Part shown: positions 56,365 through 64,000 of the stretch, piece after piece
Position numbering within the stretch: position 1 is the first letter of the stretch
Layout of the letters: each line of letters starts with the position of its first letter
Source: Candidatus Poriferisocius sp.
GTDB lineage: Bacteria > Actinomycetota > Acidimicrobiia > Acidimicrobiales > Bin134
DNA length: 64,000 nt
Direction: 5' to 3'
Assembly: GCF_965204015.1 (NCBI RefSeq)
Contig: NZ_OZ241965.1
Span: 453,714 to 517,713, forward strand
Position numbers and translations under genes: made by a program
The notes under the pieces: generated by a model
What the model was told of the DNA's origin: nothing
The model's database searches: none
What the model saw: the letters and a program-made list of their open reading frames with translations, nothing else

Positions 56365-57282
56365 TCACTCGTCCAACAATGCCCGGGCCCGGCGAGCCAG
56401 CGGCTCGTCCACCATCTGGCCCTCGAAGGCCACCGACGCCTCGCCCCGGGCTTGAGCTTCCTCCCACACGGCCAATAGTGCCCGGGCCCGCTCCCGCTCC
56501 TCAGGTGATGGGGAGAAACACTGGTTGGCCAGCGGCACCTGGGAGGGGTGGATGCAGAGCTTGCCGCTGTAGCCGATGGATCTTCCGACTGCGGCGTCGG
56601 CCAAGAAGCGCTCGTCGTCGCCGAACGCGGCCACCACCTGGTCAAGCACCGGCACTCTGGCCAGCCGGGCGGCCAGCGCAACCTGGGAGCGGGCGTACAG
56701 CACCTCGAGGCCCTCGTCGGTGCGGACGCCGCCCATGTCGGTGATGAAATCCTCGGCCCCGAAATAGGCCCCGCATATACGGGGGTGCCGCAACATGCGA
56801 TCGATCCCAGCCACGTTGGCCACCCCGGCGGCAGTCTCGACACCAACCAAGAGCCTGAGGTGATTTCGGCCGGCCTCAATCAGCGCATCGAGCACTGGAT
56901 CGACCTGGGCACCCATCTCCAGCTTGGGCACCACGATCCCGGTCAGTTCCTCGTCCAGGCCTTCGGCCACGTCCGCAGCAAACCATTCGGTGCCCAGCGG
57001 ATTGACCCGAACGAAGATGGCCAGATCAGGGTGCAAGCGGCGCAGCTCGGCAGCCGAGGCCCGAGCCTGGACTCGAGCCTCGGCTTTGGCCGCGGGGGCT
57101 ACCGCGTCCTCCAAGTCGAGCACCACTCCGTGGGGGTCGCTACGGGGCAGCTTGGCGCACACATCGGGGCGGCTGGCTGGGGCGAACAACAAGCTGCGCA
57201 TCCGGGGCAGCGGAGCCAAGACGTCGGCTCGTTTACGGCGGGGGCGAGGCTCTTGATCCTCTGTCGGGGGGTTCTCGGTCAT
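56365..57282 (-). CDS. CitE/HpcH-HpaI family CoA-ester lyase
   Basis: RSLLFAP, DLEDAV, VRVN, VPK, ETA.G, FGAED, GK.CIHPSQ, G.MVDEP. Confidence 0.87.
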   Translation of the reverse strand: MTENPPTEDQEPRPRRKRADVLAPLPRMRSLLFAPASRPDVCAKLPRSDPHGVVLDLEDAVAPAAKAEARVQARASAAELRRLHPDLAIFVRVNPLGTEWFAADVAEGLDEELTGIVVPKLEMGAQVDPVLDALIEAGRNHLRLLVGVETAAGVANVAGIDRMLRHPRICGAYFGAEDFITDMGGVRTDEGLEVLYARSQVALAARLARVPVLDQVVAAFGDDERFLADAAVGRSIGYSGKLCIHPSQVPLANQCFSPSPEERERARALLAVWEEAQARGEASVAFEGQMVDEPLARRARALLDE

Positions 57283-59225
57283 GCCAGCTCCGGTCGGTTG
57301 CGGAAATGGTCCAAGGCCTCGGGGTTGGCCAGGGCCTCAATATTGACGATGGGCCGCCCACGCACGGCGTCGCGCACCGCCAATTCCACTGTCTTGCCGC
57401 TACGGGTGCGGGGAATGTCGTCCACCGCGCAGATCACCGCAGGTACGTGCCGGGGGGTTGCCCCGGTTCGGATGGCGGCCCGGATGGCCGCCTCCAGAGC
57501 ATCGTCCAGCAGCACGCCCTCGACCAGCTTCACGAACAGCACCACCCGGGTGTCGCCGTCGACGGGCTGGCCCACCACCACGCTTTCGACAACTTCGTCC
57601 ATGGCGTCCACCAGGCGGTAGATCTCGGCGGTACCGATTCGCACCCCGCCGGGGTTCAACGTGGCGTCTGAGCGACCCGAGATCACGAATCCGCCGTGCT
57701 CGGTGGCGCAGATGTAGTCGCCCTGGTGCCACCGTCCCCCGAATCGCTCGTAGTACGCGGCCCGATATCGCTCTTCGCCTCCCTCGCCCCAGAACCGGAG
57801 GGGCTGCGAGGGGAAGGGCGACGAGCACACCAGCTCGCCGAACTGACCCGGCCCGAGCGGCGAACCATCGGCATCGAGCACTTCGATGTCCAGCCCCAGG
57901 GCCGGCCGCTGGATCTCGCCCGACCACACCGGGTTGGTGGGGTCTCCGGCCACCAGGCAACCGCACAGGTCGGTTCCCCCTGAAATGGAGGCCAGATGGA
58001 CATCGGCTTTGACCTGGTCATACACATAGTTGAACCCGTCGGGTGACAGCGGCGAGCCGGTGGAGCAGATTGTGCGCAGCGTACCTAAGCCATGGGTGCG
58101 GCGGGGCGACATCTCGGCCTTGCGCAGCGAGTCGATGTAGCGGGCCGATGTTCCGAACAACGTGACTCCGGCCCGGTCGACCACGTCGAACAAGGCATCG
58201 AGGCTCGGATGGGCGGGGTTGCCGTCCCACACCACCGCAGCGGCCCCCGACGCTAGGGCCGAGGCCAGCCAGTTCCACATCATCCATCCGGTGGTGGTGA
58301 AGTAGAGCACCCGGTCGCCGGGGCGCACATCGCAATGGAGCTGGTGCTCGCACAGGTGCTTGAGCAGGATGCCGCCAGCCCGGTGGACGATGCACTTGGG
58401 CCGACCGGTGGTTCCCGAGGAGTACAGCACATATAGCGGATGGTCGAAGGAAAGCTGCTCAAAATGGATCGGCTGGGCGGGATGGGGCTCGAGCCAGGCG
58501 TCGAAGTCCACGGTGCCTTCTGGCGGGTTCTCGTCAAGACCCAGGCGGTTCAGCACCACGGTGGCCGCGACAGTGGGAAGGCCGGCTCGAATCTCAGCGA
58601 GGCGGTTGCGGCAGTCGAATCGCTGGCCTCCATAGACGTAGCCGTCTACCGCAATCAGCACAGCCGGTTCGATCTGGCCGAAGCGGTCGAGCACCCCGGC
58701 GGTGCCGAAATCGGGAGAGGTGGACGAGAACACCGCCCCCACCGAGGCCGCGGCCAGCATCACCGCATAGGCCTCGGGAACATTGGGCATCCAGCACGCC
58801 ACCCGGTCGCCGGAACCCACCCCTTGGGCCCGCATAGCGCCAGCCAGCCGGGATACCAGCGCCCGCAGCTCGCCTCGGCTGGTTTCGGAATGGGCGCCGG
58901 ACTCGTCGGCGAACACCATGGTGATCTCATCGTCGGCGCCCGCCAACAGGTTCTCGGCAAAGTTGAGCCGGGCACCGTCGAAGAACCGCACGTCGGCCAT
59001 GTGCTCGGCCTCCACCACCGGCGCACTCCCCCGCTCCGAGGCCACCACCCCGCAGAAGTCCCACACCGCCGACCAGAAGCCGCCCAAGTCGTCCACCGAC
59101 CACCGGTGCAGCCTCTGGAATCCCCCGTCGGCCCCGATGTCGATCCCCACCCCGGCAGCGAAGCGGGCCAGGTTGGTCTGGGCAGCCTGATCCCCATCGG
59201 GCGCCCAAAGCGGCTGGCTGCTCAT
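57279..59225 (-). CDS. Acetoacetate--CoA ligase
   Basis: LNFAENLL, SPDFG..G..DRF.QI.P, YSSGTTG.PKCIVH, TTTGWMMWNW, SISGGTD, GRSDATLNP.GVRIGTAEIY. Confidence 0.9.
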   Translation of the reverse strand: MSSQPLWAPDGDQAAQTNLARFAAGVGIDIGADGGFQRLHRWSVDDLGGFWSAVWDFCGVVASERGSAPVVEAEHMADVRFFDGARLNFAENLLAGADDEITMVFADESGAHSETSRGELRALVSRLAGAMRAQGVGSGDRVACWMPNVPEAYAVMLAAASVGAVFSSTSPDFGTAGVLDRFGQIEPAVLIAVDGYVYGGQRFDCRNRLAEIRAGLPTVAATVVLNRLGLDENPPEGTVDFDAWLEPHPAQPIHFEQLSFDHPLYVLYSSGTTGRPKCIVHRAGGILLKHLCEHQLHCDVRPGDRVLYFTTTGWMMWNWLASALASGAAAVVWDGNPAHPSLDALFDVVDRAGVTLFGTSARYIDSLRKAEMSPRRTHGLGTLRTICSTGSPLSPDGFNYVYDQVKADVHLASISGGTDLCGCLVAGDPTNPVWSGEIQRPALGLDIEVLDADGSPLGPGQFGELVCSSPFPSQPLRFWGEGGEERYRAAYYERFGGRWHQGDYICATEHGGFVISGRSDATLNPGGVRIGTAEIYRLVDAMDEVVESVVVGQPVDGDTRVVLFVKLVEGVLLDDALEAAIRAAIRTGATPRHVPAVICAVDDIPRTRSGKTVELAVRDAVRGRPIVNIEALANPEALDHFRNRPELA

Positions 59226-59227
59226 GG

Positions 59228-59551
59228 TCAGACGATATTGGGCTCGGACAGCCACCACCACCAGGCCACAGCGGCAACCGCTCCCGCGACCAGGGCGACG
59301 AGGAAGGCCCGCTTGGCCAGCTTGTACAGGAACACCATCGAGGCCACGATGGCGACGACCACTGCCGCCAGCGCCAGTTCGGGGTTGGACGTGGCGAACT
59401 CAATCAGCTCGTCGGGAATGCGGTCCCGCACATCGGCGGGCACGCAGTCCAGGGCCCGCTCGGGGAGCTTGTCGATCGACCCGTCCCGCAGCTTCTCCAG
59501 CAGATCAGGATCGACGCAGTCCAGCCCCTCAGGCAGCTCACCCGCGGGCAT
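59228..59551 (-). CDS. Hypothetical membrane protein
   Basis: Two LP..LDCV units then two TM helices. Confidence 0.55.
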   Translation of the reverse strand: MPAGELPEGLDCVDPDLLEKLRDGSIDKLPERALDCVPADVRDRIPDELIEFATSNPELALAAVVVAIVASMVFLYKLAKRAFLVALVAGAVAAVAWWWWLSEPNIV

Positions 59552-59793
59552 CAGGGGGCTTCAGCAGACTCCGCCCGGCTTTCCAAGCGTCCCTCGAGTC
59601 GGCCCACTCGACCGACCAGATCGACGATTGCCCCGGTGAGCTTTTCAAAACCAGCCCGGGTCTCCTCCCGCTGTGCAGCGAACTCCCTCTCGGTGTAGAC
59701 CCTCAGCTGGGCGATGTCGGCGCGACGACACCGGTCCAGATACAGCATCAACGTGATGATTACCCCCAGCATGACAATGATGGCTTGTTCCAT
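59551..59793 (-). CDS. Small TM + coiled-coil protein
   Basis: N-terminal TM helix, heptad tail ending RVGRLEGRLE; SD ggag upstream. Confidence 0.55.
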   Translation of the reverse strand: MEQAIIVMLGVIITLMLYLDRCRRADIAQLRVYTEREFAAQREETRAGFEKLTGAIVDLVGRVGRLEGRLESRAESAEAP

Positions 59794-59857
59794 ATCAGTT
59801 CTCCGAAATGAACTGCTTGCGGGGGAAGGTGAGAAAACTATACCGGGCCGGAAGCGG

Positions 59858-60973
59858 TTACCGGCGCAGATCAGCGAGCTTCACCAGCTCGGGCTCGATG
59901 CGCTCCACGCCTGCGGTGGGCAGGAAGAACCGCCAGAAGATGCTGCCGGTGGGGCGGCCCTCGGTGTCCAGCCAGTTGTACACGCCGGGGTCTTCGTGGG
60001 CGATCACCATCTTGAAGGTCCCGTCGGCCTCCAGGGTGGTGTTGGCCCGATTGCGGCTGGTGATGCGGTTGCCGTAGTCGTAGGTCTGCCCCGCAGCATT
60101 CCACAGGCACACATTGCCGAATTTGCACTCCGGCCAACGCCCGGTCATCACCAGAGCCTCGTCGGGGCCGAGCACATAGCGCCCCAAGGTGTAGTAGGCG
60201 TCGAAGGCCGCGAAGCCCATGGTGCCGGGCGGCTGCGGATCGGGCAGAACGTTGGGCTCGCGGCTGACCCACGTCGGCATGGGGTAGGTGCCGGGGATGG
60301 GCTGCTGGAGAGTCTTGCCCAGCAGGTGGTTATTGACCCGGCCGATGGCCGCGGCCACCGTCTCGTCGTTCCAAAGGGTGGCCGGCCCCACCGGCGACAG
60401 ACACTCGATGGTGAGGGGGATGTGGAGCGACTCGTCAGCCGCGGCCGGCTTGGGAACCTCGAAGTAGTGCCGGGTGGTGATACGGCCCGCATCGGCGGGC
60501 AGGTCTAGCCAGTTCCGGTCCCGGGGATCGCCGCCAAGGAACACCTCGTAGTTGCCGTCGGCGTCAACGTCGATGTCGTCGTCGTTGAGTACCCCGCCGG
60601 TGCCGGTGGCGTATCGGCCTTCGGATGAGCCCAGCTCGACCGTGAACGACGTGTAAACCGCTCCGGCCAAGTTGCCGGTGACCCGATAGGCCAGATCCCC
60701 GGTCACCGGGGCCTCGAAGTACACCGCATCGGCGTTGTCACCGGTGAACTTGCGGGTGGGCGACACGATCCGGCGCCACACCGGGCGCTCGGGATCGAAC
60801 TCGGCGTGGGAGAACAGGGCCGACTGGAGGATGTGCAGCACCAGACGGTGGCTGTCGGCGATGTCCTGCTCACCAGACACTCCCCACTCCTCGCCGCAGA
60901 AGCGTTTGCTCACCTCGCCCAACGCATCAACCATCTCCGCCCACGCGGCCTGGGTCTTGGTCTGATCAGCCAT
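59858..60973 (-). CDS. DUF1214 domain-containing protein
   Basis: DNADAVY, Y...G, Y.SF, L.PDEALV, DG.....IAH.DPG..NWLDT.G. Confidence 0.75.
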   Translation of the reverse strand: MADQTKTQAAWAEMVDALGEVSKRFCGEEWGVSGEQDIADSHRLVLHILQSALFSHAEFDPERPVWRRIVSPTRKFTGDNADAVYFEAPVTGDLAYRVTGNLAGAVYTSFTVELGSSEGRYATGTGGVLNDDDIDVDADGNYEVFLGGDPRDRNWLDLPADAGRITTRHYFEVPKPAAADESLHIPLTIECLSPVGPATLWNDETVAAAIGRVNNHLLGKTLQQPIPGTYPMPTWVSREPNVLPDPQPPGTMGFAAFDAYYTLGRYVLGPDEALVMTGRWPECKFGNVCLWNAAGQTYDYGNRITSRNRANTTLEADGTFKMVIAHEDPGVYNWLDTEGRPTGSIFWRFFLPTAGVERIEPELVKLADLRR

Positions 60974-61070
60974 TTCTATCTCCCCCTTTGGTTTTGGCCG
61001 GACGTTACCGCAGCCGCTTGGCTACCCCACCATCCACCAAACCGTCACTCCCCGTCGGTATGGTCGAAAC

Positions 61071-61646
61071 GTGAATTCGGCCCTCGTGGACACAGTGATC
61101 GACACTGCGGCGGTCACTGCCGTCGAAGCAGTTCCTGCGGCGCTGCCGCCGCTGCCGATCCGCGTTATCCGCAGTCCAAGGCGTCGAAAGACGGCCGCGG
61201 CCAAGATCCTGCCCGACTGTATTGAAGTGCGGGTTCCTGCCGGGATGACCCCCGACGCCGAGGCCGAGATGGTGGCCAGCCTGGTGTCCCGCCTCGAGCG
61301 CAAGCGGGCGGCCGAGGCCGGCGGTGTGAATTTGGCCGAGCGGGCCGTCAAGCTGGCCTCCCGCTACGGCCTGCCTCATCCGGAGTCGGTCACTTGGGCC
61401 GAGCAGAACGACCGCTGGGCGTCATGCACATCGGCCCGGGGCACCATCCGCATATCCACCCGCCTGGCCCGCGTACCGGGTTGGGTGCTCGACGCGGTCA
61501 TCGTCCACGAGCTGGCCCACCTCAGCGAGCCCAATCACAGTCCCGCCTTTTGGGAGCTGGCCAACCGCTACCCCCGCCAAGAACGGGCCTCCGGCTTCCT
61601 CGAAGCCATGTCCGCCGGCCACTCCGACCCCTGCCACACGGTCTGA
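61071..61646 (+). CDS. M48/DUF45 (YgjP-like) zinc metallopeptidase
   Basis: RS.RRRKT, RW.SCT...G.IRIS, VIVHELAHL...HS..FW. Confidence 0.85.
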   Translation: MNSALVDTVIDTAAVTAVEAVPAALPPLPIRVIRSPRRRKTAAAKILPDCIEVRVPAGMTPDAEAEMVASLVSRLERKRAAEAGGVNLAERAVKLASRYGLPHPESVTWAEQNDRWASCTSARGTIRISTRLARVPGWVLDAVIVHELAHLSEPNHSPAFWELANRYPRQERASGFLEAMSAGHSDPCHTV

Positions 61647-61732
61647 GGCGGCCAAAGGGCTGAATCGCAACGGGCCTTGACCCGGCCCTCTGATCGCAGC
61701 CCGAGTTCGTGAGTGAGGCAGACTGAGGGCCG

Positions 61733-62938
61733 ATGGGTGAGCGGATCTTTTATGCGGCCAGTGTGCATGATGAGGCCGAGATCGATGCGGTGGTTGAGGT
61801 ATTGCGGGGAGGGGCGGGGGCGCTGTGGCCGGGGCGCAATGTCACCGCCTTTGAATGGGAGGTAGCCAAGCGGTTCGGCAAGCACCGGGGGCTCATGTGC
61901 AACTCGGGGTCCTCCGCGCTGTATCTGGCGGTGGAACTGGCCGACTTGCCGCCGGGCAGCGAGGTCATCACCGCGGCGGTGACCTTCTCCACCGACGTGG
62001 CCCCGCTGGTGCGGGCCGGACTGGTGCCGGTATTCGCCGATGTGGACCCCGACACCTACCAGGTCGACGTCGACTCCATCGAGAGCCTCATCGGCCCCGA
62101 CACCAGAGCCATCTTGGCCCCCAACCTCATCGGCAACGCCCCCGACTGGGATGCCATTCGGGCCATCGCCGACCGCCACGGGCTGTTCGTGATCGAGGAC
62201 AGCTGCGACGCCTTGGGGCCCACGCTGAGGGGCACGCCCACCGGCACCCGCAGCGACCTGACGGTCACCAGCTTCGCCTCCTCGCACATCATCACCTGCG
62301 CAGGCAACGGCGGGATGGTGCTGCTCGACGACGAGGACCTGCGAGACCGGGGCTTGCTGCTGCGCCGCTGGGGCCGCCGATCCGAGCTGCACTTCTACGG
62401 CTCCAAGCGCCGGGACCGGAACTTCTGGGAAGACCTCGACGGCATTCACTACGACAACCAGTTCATCTTCGACGAGCTGGCCTGGAACTTCGAGCCGTCC
62501 GAGATCGGCGCCGCCTTCGGTCGCCAACAGCTCGACAAAGTGCCCCAGAACTTCGCCCGGCGCACCCGCAGCTTCGATCTCTACACGGAGTTCTTTTCCG
62601 CCCACGCCGACCGCTTCCGCCTCCCCCGCCAGACCGAGGGGTTGGACACCGCCTGGCTGTGCTATCCGCTCACCATCGCCCCCGATGCGGGCTTCGTGCG
62701 GGCCGACCTGCAAGCCCATCTCGACGGCAACGGCGTGGACACCCGCACCGTGTGGACCGGGAACGCCACCCGCCAGCCGTTCATGGCCAGCGTCGACTTC
62801 CGCCAACCCGACAACGGCCTCCCCCACGCCGACGCCATCATGGAGCGAGGCGTAGTCCTCCCCATGAACCACTCCCTAGACGACGAAGACATCGGCTACG
62901 TGATCAGCCTGATAGAAACTTTCCTGACCACTACCTAG
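61733..62938 (+). CDS. DegT-family PLP enzyme, ColD/E1-like (His at Lys position); paralog of 5325..6536
   Basis: CNSGSSA, IEDSCDALG, SFASSHIITCAGNGG, WNFEPSE. Confidence 0.85.
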   Translation: MGERIFYAASVHDEAEIDAVVEVLRGGAGALWPGRNVTAFEWEVAKRFGKHRGLMCNSGSSALYLAVELADLPPGSEVITAAVTFSTDVAPLVRAGLVPVFADVDPDTYQVDVDSIESLIGPDTRAILAPNLIGNAPDWDAIRAIADRHGLFVIEDSCDALGPTLRGTPTGTRSDLTVTSFASSHIITCAGNGGMVLLDDEDLRDRGLLLRRWGRRSELHFYGSKRRDRNFWEDLDGIHYDNQFIFDELAWNFEPSEIGAAFGRQQLDKVPQNFARRTRSFDLYTEFFSAHADRFRLPRQTEGLDTAWLCYPLTIAPDAGFVRADLQAHLDGNGVDTRTVWTGNATRQPFMASVDFRQPDNGLPHADAIMERGVVLPMNHSLDDEDIGYVISLIETFLTTT

Positions 62939-62962
62939 TTCCCAACAATCAAGGAGAACCCC

Positions 62963-64000
62963 ATGCGCGGCGCCGTTTTGCACACCAGTCCTGGCGAGTT
63001 GGTCGTCGAGAATCTGACCGTCGACAAGCCCAATCCCAACGAGGTGCTCATCAGCACCACTCACGCCGGGCTGTGCCACTCCGACCTGCACTTCATGGAC
63101 GGCCACTGGCCAGTGGCCCAGTCGATGGTGATGGGCCACGAATCGGCCGGTGTGGTGGCCGCAGTGGGCGAAGACGTGACCTATGTGAAACCCGGCGACC
63201 ACGTCATCACCTGTGTGTCGATGTGGTGCGGGGTGTGCCGCACCTGCCTTCAGGGCAAGCCCTACCTGTGCCTCGACGCCGATTCCATGCGCTCGGGCCG
63301 GCCCACCCCGTCGCTGCGCTTTGACGACGGGCGAGGCTGCACCGCCTTCGCCGGACTGGGCTCGTTCGCCGAGGAGCTGCTGGTCCACGAGCGGGCAGTG
63401 GTCAAGATCCGCGACGACATGCCGTTAGACCGGGCCGCGCTTATCGGGTGCGGGGTCACCACCGGGCTGGGCGCGGTAATGCGCACCGCGGCGGTCCCCG
63501 CCGGATCCAGCGTGGTTGTGATCGGCTGCGGCGGAATCGGCCTATCGGCCGTGCAAGGGGCCCGCATTGTGGGAGCCACGCCGATCATCGCGGTGGATCT
63601 GGTGGCCTCCAAGCTGGAGATGGCCCGCACGCTGGGCGCCACCCACACGGTGGACGCCTCGGAGGTCGATCCGGTGGCCGCAGTCCACGAAATCACCGGG
63701 GGAGGCGCCGACTACTCATTTGAGGCCATTGGCCTGAGCGCCACCGCCGAGCAGGCCTGGGCCATGATCGGCATCGGCGGCACGGCCACGGTGATCGGGA
63801 TGCTGCCCATGACCAGCCAGGTGACCATCCCCGGCGGCGAGATCATCTTGAGCGAGAAGAAGCTCCAGGGGTCGCTGATGGGCGGCAACCGCTTCCGCTT
63901 GGACATGCCCAAGTTCATCGACCTGTATCTGGACGGGCGACTCAAGCTGGACGAGATGGTGTCGGCCACCATCGACATCACCGAGGTGAACGATGGCTAC
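62963..64000 (+). CDS. Zn-dependent alcohol dehydrogenase (3'-truncated by window edge)
   Basis: SD aaggag; MRGAVLH..., GLCHSDLH, GHESAG, CGVCRTC, GCGVTTG, GCGGIG. Confidence 0.88.
   Translation, partial: MRGAVLHTSPGELVVENLTVDKPNPNEVLISTTHAGLCHSDLHFMDGHWPVAQSMVMGHESAGVVAAVGEDVTYVKPGDHVITCVSMWCGVCRTCLQGKPYLCLDADSMRSGRPTPSLRFDDGRGCTAFAGLGSFAEELLVHERAVVKIRDDMPLDRAALIGCGVTTGLGAVMRTAAVPAGSSVVVIGCGGIGLSAVQGARIVGATPIIAVDLVASKLEMARTLGATHTVDASEVDPVAAVHEITGGGADYSFEAIGLSATAEQAWAMIGIGGTATVIGMLPMTSQVTIPGGEIILSEKKLQGSLMGGNRFRLDMPKFIDLYLDGRLKLDEMVSATIDITEVNDGY

Noticed and set aside
61655-61705. Stem-loop gggctg...cagccc between the M48 peptidase and DegT genes
   Set aside because: Single imperfect hairpin without U-tract or second copy; not enough support

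Overview
High-GC (~65%) actinobacterial chromosome segment. An Acidimicrobiia-like, possibly host- or sponge-associated organism is inferred from the many F420-dependent enzymes, RCC1-repeat protein, DUF222-HNH gene, actinobacterial gene order around rnpB and leaderless promoters. Most of the window is ordinary metabolism: amidohydrolases, a choline/betaine uptake and betA locus, LLM/PPOX oxidoreductases, ribA, MoxR-DUF58-transglutaminase, dinB, ltaE, suhB, a two-component system with GerMN lipoprotein, pfkA, alaC, queG, trpD, a class A PBP and acetoacetate-CoA ligase. Standouts: (1) an accessory island at ~50.9-56.3 kb with decayed genes, an intact IS481 and a secreted 642-aa protein whose repeats read as a balanced, nested, charge-complementary beta-ribbon stalk carrying a low-GC hydrophobic domain. 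It is preceded by a ~165-nt structured leader with a 21-bp closing stem and an internal anti-Shine-Dalgarno, and faces an HTH gene plus small membrane proteins (candidate new RNA-controlled surface effector/immunity-like system). (2) A frameshifted subtilase fused to 14 RCC1-like blades with mosaic variable loops. (3) An RNase P RNA with a compensatorily rewritten P4 helix. (4) Two His-for-Lys DegT paralogs (ColD/E1-like) outside any sugar cluster. All calls come from reading the sequence; no database search was run.
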